A stretch of 64,000 nucleotides of DNA. It comes from a virus. The notes beneath the pieces are model-generated. The model made no database searches and was not told the origin of the DNA. It saw only the letters and a program-made list of their open reading frames with translations. This document shows, in pieces, positions 1 through 7,575 of this stretch. The DNA is taken from positions 1 through 64,000 of IMG/VR virus record IMGVR_UViG_3300047160_003234. One strand, written 5' to 3'. The translations under genes and the position numbers were made by a program. The stretch's first letter is position 1, and each line of letters opens with the position of its first letter.

Positions 1-12
1 GGCCGCCATTTT

Positions 13-231
13 TCATTTCGCAGGGCTCGCGGTCTTGGTCTGACCTGACGCGGACGCTGTGGCCGCGGCTGCGTTTTCGGCGTGCCTCTGGGCGTTCTCG
101 GCGTGGACTTGGGCGTCGTCGTGCTTGTCCCCGTGATGGGCTTCGGCGGCGTTGTCGTGGTGCTCGGCTGCGGCCCTGTGGTGCTCGGCCGCCTCTTCGT
201 GCGCGGTCCCGGCGGGATGCTTCGCCATCAT
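13..231 (-). CDS. Small His/Ala-rich helical protein, possibly metal-binding
   Basis: AAGGAG SD before ATG at 231; periodic His residues (HEEAAEHHRAAAEHHDNAAEAHH). Confidence 0.65.
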   Translation of the reverse strand: MMAKHPAGTAHEEAAEHHRAAAEHHDNAAEAHHGDKHDDAQVHAENAQRHAENAAAATASASGQTKTASPAK

Positions 232-271
232 GCTCTCCTTGTTGCGTGAAAGGCCCACGCGCTCTTTCCTA

Positions 272-538
272 TCATGTTGCAGACGACGCAACAATGACTG
301 GTGAGTGGCCCGGCATGCCCTCTGGCCCGAACATCTCCTCGATGAACTCCTCAGCGTCGAAGATCAGCTCATGGGCCTCGTCCAGCTCGATCGCCCGCGA
401 GCGCGCCTTATAGCGCCCATAGAGGTCGATCGCCTGATCGGGCGTGAAGGTCGGGCGCCCGTCGGCGCGGAACGACATCAATTCTCGGGCGAGCTGGCGC
501 AGGCGCTGATTGAAGTGCCATTGGGGCGAAAACAGCAT
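272..538 (-). CDS. Hypothetical protein
   Basis: ORF with phage-like codon use; ATG at 538 lies just downstream of the palindrome at 551-565. Confidence 0.5.
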   Translation of the reverse strand: MLFSPQWHFNQRLRQLARELMSFRADGRPTFTPDQAIDLYGRYKARSRAIELDEAHELIFDAEEFIEEMFGPEGMPGHSPVIVASSAT

Positions 539-550
539 GATTCGCCACTC

Positions 551-565
551 TTGCATGAACTGCAA
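551..565. promoter_or_regulatory. Operator-like palindrome TTGCATGAACTGCAA
   Basis: Member of the dispersed TTGCA-N5-TGCAA family; exact reverse complement of the copy at 29582. Confidence 0.55.
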
Positions 566-662
566 GATGGCGCTATAAGGGAATCGCCCACGACCTTCTC
601 AGAATGTGGGCAAACGGGTGGCTCCCGGGACGACGTCGCGAACAGCCGCGCTTAAGCAGGGA

Positions 663-700
663 GGGAGGGCGACCGATGGCCACGGTCGCCCTCCTCTTAT
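663..700. terminator. GC-rich hairpin, probable terminator
   Basis: GGAGGGCGACCG...CGGTCGCCCTCC inverted repeat immediately after the stop of 702..1376. Confidence 0.5.
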
Positions 701-701
701 T

Positions 702-1376
702 TTACTTAGAACGACGCCCGCCGCTCGGCGGGTTCGGCCCGACGCCGCTCCCAGCGTAGGGAACGAAGACGTAGCTGTCATAGTACATCGAGTAGCCCCA
801 GAACCCCGGCAATCCGGTCGGCGGGTTGATCATGCCCGGCGGCGGCTTGGGCGGCTCTTCTTCATCCGGCGGAAGCACGATGGGATGACTCGGGTACACC
901 GGCATGTAGATCGGATGCGCGGGAGTTCCCGGTTCGCCGCCGCCTTCCGGCGGAATGATGGGGATGTAGATCGGCGGCTGGGCATGCACCGGAGGAAGGT
1001 GGATCGGCGGCGTCGGCCTCGGATCGGTCGGACCCCAGATTCCCAGAGGAGGCTTGGGCGGCATCGGCGGCCACACCACAGGCGGGATCGGATGCTCGGG
1101 ATGCTCGCCCCCGCCGCTTGGGGGCTGCGGCGGCACTGGGATCACGATGGGATGAGCCGGGTAAACCGGAATGAAGATCGGATGCTCGGGCGACAATCCG
1201 CTTTCCGGTGGCGGCGGCACCGGGATGTAAATGGGCGGGGTCGGCCTCGGATCGGTCGGGCCCCAGATTCCCAGCGGAGGCTCGGCCCCGCCTTCGGGCG
1301 GGATGATCGGCCCGCCTCCGATGCCAAGCGTCGGGTCGTAGACCTCGCCGACGATGACGATTTTCTTTCCTGCCAT
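702..1376 (-). CDS. Proline-rich repeat protein
   Basis: AGGAG SD; PPLGIWGPTDPRPTPPI twice and several HPI-x-x-PVYP-x-HPI units. Confidence 0.75.
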   Translation of the reverse strand: MAGKKIVIVGEVYDPTLGIGGGPIIPPEGGAEPPLGIWGPTDPRPTPPIYIPVPPPPESGLSPEHPIFIPVYPAHPIVIPVPPQPPSGGGEHPEHPIPPVVWPPMPPKPPLGIWGPTDPRPTPPIHLPPVHAQPPIYIPIIPPEGGGEPGTPAHPIYMPVYPSHPIVLPPDEEEPPKPPPGMINPPTGLPGFWGYSMYYDSYVFVPYAGSGVGPNPPSGGRRSK

Positions 1377-1468
1377 AGGGAAATCTCCTGATTTTGGAGG
1401 AAGCCCCTCACGCGGCTTGGGGAGCGCCCGTCACAATTCGCACGTTTTCATGACGGGAGCGAGTCGGT

Positions 1469-1507
1469 TCAGGTCGGGTAGAGCGCGGCCGGGGCGACCG
1501 GCGAACG
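1469..1507 (-). pseudogene. Orphaned duplicate of the terminase 3' end (RSPVAPAALYPT*)
   Basis: 10 of 12 aa identical to the TerL C-terminus RSPVAPQSLYPT* at 2067-2105. Confidence 0.8.
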
Positions 1508-1549
1508 TTTTTGTGTCAACTGCAAGAGCTTGTCTGCTATAAGGCAAAC

Positions 1550-2143
1550 ATGCCGATCAAGGTCAAGCCGCTTCCCCCTATCGAAATTGTCAGAGCCCTG
1601 CTCAACTATGACCGTGACACTGGCTCTTTTTCTTGGAAAGAACGGGGAGGCCGCGCAACGCCTTGGGATGCGCGATATGCCGGAACCGCAGCGGGGACGA
1701 TCAACCACGATGGCTACATCCGCATCGGCATCAAAGGCAACTACTACGTCGCCCATCGCCTCGCTTGGCTAATCGTCCACGGCCTCGATCCAGCAACCGA
1801 ACTCGACCACATCAACGGGAATCGCGCCGATAATCGCATCGACAACCTTCGCTTATCCTCGCGCGATATTCAGCAACAAAATTGCATCAGATCAAACAAG
1901 ACAGGCTTAACCGGCGTTTATAGGACAGCAGGCGGCCGTTTTGGTGCCGTGATCCAAGTTAACTACAAGGCTATCTATCTTGGTACATTCGATCTCGCCT
2001 CAGATGCTTACATCTCATATCTCAGTGCGAAAAAACAGTACCATCCATTCAATCCAGTTCCCAGACCTATGTTGGATACAAAGATTGAGGAGCAACTGGA
2101 GAACGCATTAGTTCCGCAATCTCCTCCGCCCCAGTTTCGCTAG
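1550..2143 (+). CDS. HNH homing endonuclease with AP2 domain
   Basis: AHRLAW...LDHINGNRADNRIDNLR HNH motif; C-terminal GVY...YLGTF..A.DAY AP2 motif; antisense to neighbours. Confidence 0.9.
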   Translation: MPIKVKPLPPIEIVRALLNYDRDTGSFSWKERGGRATPWDARYAGTAAGTINHDGYIRIGIKGNYYVAHRLAWLIVHGLDPATELDHINGNRADNRIDNLRLSSRDIQQQNCIRSNKTGLTGVYRTAGGRFGAVIQVNYKAIYLGTFDLASDAYISYLSAKKQYHPFNPVPRPMLDTKIEEQLENALVPQSPPPQFR

Positions 2144-4952
2144 CCTTTCTTAATATTCCACGATCCCTGAACCATTTCAATGCCTGTACTACAGTATCCA
2201 CAAGATCATCATGTTTGCCCTTGGGGAACGACGCGCACTGCGCGGCGCAAAGCTCAGCCCAGTCGCGCATCCATTCAGCCCCGTTGACCTGTGTCACCGC
2301 CGGGGCCCAGACGACGCCGGGCCTTCGCGGCGAGATCCCGTCCTCCTCTTCCCCGAAGAGATGGCTGATCGCGTTGGCGCGCGCGATCTTGTCGCCCGTC
2401 ACATGGGTCGGATTGACCTGTTCGATGGCGAAGCGCTCGTCGACGAAGACGCGCCGCAGCTCCTGAATGACGCTCATCCCCGAGCCCCGCGCCTCGATCA
2501 GAACCCGGTCGCACTTCATCTTCCGCGCCGTCTTGACGATCTCCTCGGCGAGCGCATTGAACGCCATCCGCTTCTGCCACGCCTGCATCAGCATGACTTG
2601 CGGCCGGTTGTGGATGTCCTGCCAAACGCCCCACACCGTCATCGCCGAGAAGTCGTTCTCCTGCTTCTCGGTATAGGCCGTGTCGACGCTCCCTATAATA
2701 ATGTCGAAGTCGGGAAACTGCGATTCGTTGCGCCCGTACTGAAGCGCGACCTTCTTACTCCATAGCTCCCAGCCGACGTAGGGGATGATGCCGCCGCCCC
2801 GCGGCGCAGGCCGCTGCATGTACTGCCCCGCCCACGCAAACTTTTGCATGTCGCGCTTCAAGTTGGCGATCACCTCCGGGCCCCAGCGCTCAGGCGCGAG
2901 AAGTTCGCCTTCGAATTTACGCGGATCGGAAAAGCCGATCTCGGTCTCGCAATGGCGCGAGGCCTCGTACTCCATCGGCAGGACAAGCGCGGTATAGTCG
3001 GGCATATGCTCGAGGATCTCACCGGAAATGTCGCTGTTATGGACAGTCGCGTTGCCCACGACAAAATCGCCGCTGCCGGTCTTGATGTCGTAAACCGGCC
3101 CAATATACGGCTTCGTTTCGATCTTCCTCACCCTGACCCACCATCCATCTGATCCAAGGCGCATTTTGGACCGCTGATCATCCGTTCGAACGATCCGCAG
3201 TTCGCGCTGGGCGCCCGATGTGCGGCAGAGGCGCCCATCGATCATCAGATCGCGCGGACCGGCATAGGATGGATGGATGCGCGCGTTATAGCCAAGTCCA
3301 AGGCACAAGCGTTGAAGATCGTGAATCAGCGCATGACTGACGCTGGTTCCGCCTCGCTCCTTACCCCTCATTCCGCCGTCGCCACGGAGCCATCCCTCAA
3401 GAAGCTGTTCACGGCATTCCGGCGCCAAGCCAAAAACAAATTCCGGCAAATGCTTGTGATGAGCGCCAGAGCCGAAATGCCGATAAAACCATCGCGCAAG
3501 CTGCGAGCAGTGAAACTGCGGCTCAAGCACGCTTTTCTTGATCGCCATCGTCGGCCGGATTCCGTAACGCCCAAGAACAGACGTCACATCATCGACAAAT
3601 TCCCGCTCTCGCTCCCCAAAGGTCAGTCTGACGCCCACCTTCTGACCATTGCGACCCGAAATGAACGAACCCTCGGCCATCCAATAGCCGACGCATCGCC
3701 AAAAATCAGGGTCAGATAAATGCTCGCGCCCAAAAACCGGATTCCGATCCTTCATGCGAGCGACGCCGTAGTAATTCATGTGACATTGGATCGTATTGCG
3801 GTGAACCCCGAACAAAGCGGCGATCTCGCTGTTGCTCAATCCGCGCGCCGCCTGCGCCGCCAATATCTCCCCATCAACCGCAGAAGCCGCCCCAAGAGAT
3901 ATTTTCTTCCCGGTGAAAGTCCCCGTTCTACCCGGCGGAGGCGCCCAGCGCGGATCTTCCCACTCAATTTCGCTCGCGCTTCCCGGCGCAGGTAAAAATA
4001 CCCAATCGCCGCAGGTGAGTGCATCCGCCCGAACCCAGCCACGATCCGCTAAATAAAGATGCTCCCTTGTCGTCCAACACTGGGCCGGATGGCAGTACAT
4101 CGTCACCCCATAGGCCAGATCAGCGTAGGAATGCCGAGCCGTCGTCAACACCGGGGTCCAACCCGCCGAGCCATAAACCAGATCACCTCTAGCGACCGCC
4201 TCAATCGCCGTCTCACCAGACGGCGTCCGAACAAGCGTTCCCGGCAAAAGGCATTCGTGAAGCCGTTGCATGATGACAACGATCGCACTCTTCGCCTGAT
4301 TGTTGAGGCGATTGACCGCGCCTTCGCGGAATCGGCGGACTGCACGCTCGCGATCGAGCTGGCTTTCCGCTTTTTCGACACTGTGCGGGTCATCGAGGAT
4401 CAGGCGATCCCCCCGGCGGCTGGTAAGACTGCCGAAGGCGACGCCATCTCTTGCGCCCATCATCGAATTCTCAAACGATAGCTCGCCCGTCCGCGTCAGG
4501 ACGACATGGGGCCAGTGCTTCCTGTACCATTCGCTGGACACGAGCGTCCGCATCTTGCGCGTATCACGCACAACCGCGCTCTCGGCGAACGATGTTGAAA
4601 TAAAGCGATGCTGAGTCAGCCCCTTCGGCCCCCATTCCCACGCAGGCCACATAACCGAGACGAGGAGGCTCTTCATCGAACCCGGCGGCACGTTGATTAG
4701 GAGCCGTGTCAGCATCCCTGCGGTCACCGCCTCAAGATGCTCGCACATTGAATCGACCAACCAAGTATGAATGTATCGGTTGCCCGGCTCGAGAACGTGC
4801 CACGCCTCCTGCACGAAGGCGGCGAGCGACCTCTTACACCTCTCCCGAACCGCTTCGACCGTGCGGTTGGTGGCGATGGCCTCGCCTAGGTTCATCCGCT
4901 CGCGGATCTCCTGCGCGATCCTCGCGTAAGGAATCTCCGCCGGGCTGGTCAT
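2067..4952 (-). CDS. terL: Terminase large subunit (intein-containing)
   Basis: Walker A INVPPGSMKS, Walker B LILDDPH, MQRLHE motif, nuclease motifs SVDTAY and FPKGKHDDLVD. Confidence 0.95.
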   Translation of the reverse strand: MTSPAEIPYARIAQEIRERMNLGEAIATNRTVEAVRERCKRSLAAFVQEAWHVLEPGNRYIHTWLVDSMCEHLEAVTAGMLTRLLINVPPGSMKSLLVSVMWPAWEWGPKGLTQHRFISTSFAESAVVRDTRKMRTLVSSEWYRKHWPHVVLTRTGELSFENSMMGARDGVAFGSLTSRRGDRLILDDPHSVEKAESQLDRERAVRRFREGAVNRLNNQAKSAIVVIMQRLHECLLPGTLVRTPSGETAIEAVARGDLVYGSAGWTPVLTTARHSYADLAYGVTMYCHPAQCWTTREHLYLADRGWVRADALTCGDWVFLPAPGSASEIEWEDPRWAPPPGRTGTFTGKKISLGAASAVDGEILAAQAARGLSNSEIAALFGVHRNTIQCHMNYYGVARMKDRNPVFGREHLSDPDFWRCVGYWMAEGSFISGRNGQKVGVRLTFGEREREFVDDVTSVLGRYGIRPTMAIKKSVLEPQFHCSQLARWFYRHFGSGAHHKHLPEFVFGLAPECREQLLEGWLRGDGGMRGKERGGTSVSHALIHDLQRLCLGLGYNARIHPSYAGPRDLMIDGRLCRTSGAQRELRIVRTDDQRSKMRLGSDGWWVRVRKIETKPYIGPVYDIKTGSGDFVVGNATVHNSDISGEILEHMPDYTALVLPMEYEASRHCETEIGFSDPRKFEGELLAPERWGPEVIANLKRDMQKFAWAGQYMQRPAPRGGGIIPYVGWELWSKKVALQYGRNESQFPDFDIIIGSVDTAYTEKQENDFSAMTVWGVWQDIHNRPQVMLMQAWQKRMAFNALAEEIVKTARKMKCDRVLIEARGSGMSVIQELRRVFVDERFAIEQVNPTHVTGDKIARANAISHLFGEEEDGISPRRPGVVWAPAVTQVNGAEWMRDWAELCAAQCASFPKGKHDDLVDTVVQALKWFRDRGILRKASETGAEEIAELMRSPVAPQSLYPT
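3036..4253 (-). mobile_element. Intein (406 aa) with LAGLIDADG endonuclease
   Basis: Begins CLLPGTLV after QRLHE, ends VYDIKT...TVHN followed by Ser; endonuclease motifs GYWMAEGS and LEGWLRGDG. Confidence 0.93.
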
Positions 4953-5169
4953 GGGCGCCACCGAACACCCGCGCATATCCGGCGTCAATCTCCCTCGACG
5001 ACGTCGCGCGCCGCACGCACTTCGGGCACATCCACACTCCCGAGCCGTCGCCCCGCTTCACCGGGTAGTTCATCAAGATCCCGTGCTCGGGGCAGACAAG
5101 CTCCTCGACCATGAGATCGAGCGCGCCCTCTGGCCTCAAGGCGACGCCAAAGCTCACAACTTCCTCCAT
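4834..5169 (-). CDS. Hypothetical zinc-ribbon protein
   Basis: CPEH...CPKC motif; overlaps the terL start. Confidence 0.45.
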   Translation of the reverse strand: MEEVVSFGVALRPEGALDLMVEELVCPEHGILMNYPVKRGDGSGVWMCPKCVRRATSSREIDAGYARVFGGAHDQPGGDSLREDRAGDPRADEPRRGHRHQPHGRSGSGEV

Positions 5170-5465
5170 CCCTTGCAGTCGGCGAGCCCGTCGCTTTCGC
5201 CGTCGACCCAGATCGTCACTCCGGCATGAACCAGACGACAGAATTGATCCCGCCAGCGGGCCCGCAACGTGATGACGTCGGCCAGAGCCCCTTGCGTCTC
5301 AGCCTGATCCTTCCGCGTCCCGGCGATCAGCCCTTCCTCCTGATCGATCAACCCCTGAAGCTTCGCGCTCGAGAACTTGTTATTGAAGAGGCTCACGCCA
5401 TTGGCGATCAGAAGCCCGAGATTGACCGCGAGCGTCACCCCGACGACGACGTCAGCCCGCCTCAT
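5154..5465 (-). CDS. Hypothetical protein with N-terminal TM helix and coiled coil
   Basis: GGAGG SD; hydrophobic VVVGVTLAVNLGLLIANGVSLF. Confidence 0.6.
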   Translation of the reverse strand: MRRADVVVGVTLAVNLGLLIANGVSLFNNKFSSAKLQGLIDQEEGLIAGTRKDQAETQGALADVITLRARWRDQFCRLVHAGVTIWVDGESDGLADCKGWRKL

Positions 5466-5646
5466 TCTTCACCTCCGCCTCCATCCGCTCGATCAGCGCG
5501 TCAGCGCGGTTCTCCTCCAGCCATTCCTCCGCCGCCGCCTGCAACCTCTCCGCCAACGCCTGCCGGTGACGGCCGACCGCGCCCTTCACTTTATGCTGCG
5601 CGAAGAACCACCACGCCGCCTCGATGAAACACGCATCAACCGGCAT
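5452..5646 (-). CDS. Hypothetical protein
   Basis: GGGAG SD and ATG at 5646; packed within the operon. Confidence 0.5.
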   Translation of the reverse strand: MPVDACFIEAAWWFFAQHKVKGAVGRHRQALAERLQAAAEEWLEENRADALIERMEAEVKNEAG

Positions 5647-5864
5647 CAGGCTCTCCCGCGGCCTCCTCCTGAACCACGTTGACGGCGAAGCCGGTCGGGA
5701 TGTCCTCTTGCCACACCTTGCTCGGCGTCGTGCGGAAATCGCCCATGCCGAACGCCTCCAAGATCGTGTTGACCGCCGCCGGATGCGGCCCCTAGCGCCT
5801 CGGCCGCCGCTTTCGCGGTAAGGCCAAGGCGAGCGCGCCAAGAGGCGAGGGCGGCGGCGGTCAT
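5646..5864 (-). pseudogene. Truncated XRE-type HTH N-terminus joined to an unrelated gene tail
   Basis: MTAAALASWRARLGLTAKAAAEALG is the first half of an HTH; sequence then reads protein-like only in another frame (PHPAAVNTILEAFGMGD...). Confidence 0.45.
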
Positions 5865-5874
5865 GCGTTGGCGA

Positions 5875-6309
5875 TCACGAAATCTCGGGCGGCAGCCCGA
5901 GATCGACAACGTCAGGCAACCAAGCATGTCCGACCGTGAGCTTCTTGCCTTTGGCGTAGTCGGGACGGTCACACATCGCATTCGCCGCATCAAGCAGCGC
6001 CTGAATCAAGTTCTCGACCTCGCCATACGCCAGATCAGCGTGCGCGTATCGCTTCTCGCCTCGGATTTGCAACGCGATCCTGTCAACGCAGTTGTTGTAG
6101 ACGCGAACGAACGGTTCGCGCGCCTTCTCGTCGCAATGACCAGGGTATCGCGCCACCGCCTCGATACGCCGAACCTTCATGCACATCTCAACCATTGTCT
6201 TTCTCCCTTTTGAGCATTGGCGTCGGGCATCAATCGGGTTCGCCGCTGCAAACGCCTTCAGATCCGCGATCAGCTTCTGCTCCTCCGGCCCAATCTTAAG
6301 GGGTCGCAT
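5875..6309 (-). CDS. Hypothetical protein, possibly chimeric (internal SD and ATG at 6195)
   Basis: ORF; AAGGGAG SD precedes the internal ATG at 6195. Confidence 0.5.
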   Translation of the reverse strand: MRPLKIGPEEQKLIADLKAFAAANPIDARRQCSKGRKTMVEMCMKVRRIEAVARYPGHCDEKAREPFVRVYNNCVDRIALQIRGEKRYAHADLAYGEVENLIQALLDAANAMCDRPDYAKGKKLTVGHAWLPDVVDLGLPPEIS

Positions 6310-7093
6310 TCTCATCCCCCGGCTCCGCGCCAGACTGCGCTTCCGCCTCCTCAACCGGCGACGGAACCACCGAAGGCGTCACGTCCTTCGCCAAATCCCC
6401 TCCCCGCAAATCCTCGATCATCACCCGCGCCCCCGTATCCACACCCTGCAACTTCGCCGCCACCCGCTCCAAGGCCATCAATTCCTCCATCGACAGCCTC
6501 GATAAATCCTGCGTCACCTGAACCTTCTGAGAAGGCGGCGCCCACTCGTCCCCGCCTCTTCTCTCAAGTTCAAACCGGATCTGCGTCGCATCCGCCCGCC
6601 GCCAGTCCCTCTCAGGCCCACCCATCGCCACCAGAAACCCCATCTCGGCCAGATCCGACAACCGCGTCGCCTTCCCTCGGATCATCGCATCCCTGTACTT
6701 CCGGTAGAGCCGGTCAGGCTTGATCCCCGTCAAAGCCGAGATCCCCTTCGGGTCCAAACCGTTGCCGCTCAACCTCTCGACCGTCCTCACCATCTCTTGC
6801 GCCTTCTTCCGCGCCTCCCCGTGATCGTCCCGCAAAGCCAAAATCCTCCGAGCCCGCTTCAGATCCCGCTCGTCCTTCGCCACCTCCGCCGCAACCCCCT
6901 TCAAACGGTCGTACTCGGTCTTCGGCCGCGGCGGGTTCCCCTTCCCCACCTTCCGCCCCGCCCCCGGCCTCACCCCCCCCATCGGCTCCAGACCCAACTC
7001 AACCCGCAAACGGTTCTCCTCGCTCAAAGGCGAACGAAACCGCCCGTCCGACGAACGCTCAGGCTGCGGACCCTCAACCCCATCGTCACCCAT
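6296..7093 (-). CDS. Probable terminase small subunit
   Basis: GGVRPGAGRK motif, HTH-like segment, DATQIRFELERRGG and DLSRLSMEEL tail; upstream of terL. Confidence 0.7.
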   Translation of the reverse strand: MGDDGVEGPQPERSSDGRFRSPLSEENRLRVELGLEPMGGVRPGAGRKVGKGNPPRPKTEYDRLKGVAAEVAKDERDLKRARRILALRDDHGEARKKAQEMVRTVERLSGNGLDPKGISALTGIKPDRLYRKYRDAMIRGKATRLSDLAEMGFLVAMGGPERDWRRADATQIRFELERRGGDEWAPPSQKVQVTQDLSRLSMEELMALERVAAKLQGVDTGARVMIEDLRGGDLAKDVTPSVVPSPVEEAEAQSGAEPGDENATP

Positions 7094-7137
7094 CCGCCGG
7101 TCCTTCCACCTTCGCCTTCAACAGATCCGCCAGCTCA

Positions 7138-7575
7138 TCACTCGTCTCCTAGAGCGGCCCTTACGAAGGCCGCCGCGACTTGCGGGACACGCTTTGCAAC
7201 CTCACACGGATATGCGCCTTCCCGATAAAGAGAGCGCGGCTTGTCAGGATGCCTGAGACGCGAGGAAACCAAAGTTAGTCGGCATTGTTGTGAACACGTT
7301 TTCGCTCTCGCCCGCTTCGTTGGATGAGGCGTGAACATCGCGCCGCAAACCAGACAGGCTTTCGTTAAAGGATGCTTCTGCTGACCGTGTTCGTGTGCAT
7401 GTTCTTTTGGAGAGACAAGAAGCAAGTTCTCAAGTCGATTATCTTTCTTGTCGCCATTGATATGGTGAACAAACTCAAATCGCGTCAGACGTCGGCCCAA
7501 ATGACACTCCATAATATAGCGGTGTTCATCTATATGCCTACCGTTTACCACTATCCGTCTATATGGATTACGCAT
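7138..7575 (-). CDS. HNH endonuclease with Zn finger
   Basis: EHRYIME...VHHINGDKKDNRLENL; CLVC...CSQQC. Confidence 0.9.
   Translation of the reverse strand: MRNPYRRIVVNGRHIDEHRYIMECHLGRRLTRFEFVHHINGDKKDNRLENLLLVSPKEHAHEHGQQKHPLTKACLVCGAMFTPHPTKRARAKTCSQQCRLTLVSSRLRHPDKPRSLYREGAYPCEVAKRVPQVAAAFVRAALGDE

Noticed and set aside
606-1391. 261-aa Arg-rich plus-strand ORF
   Set aside because: Antisense shadow of the Pro-rich gene
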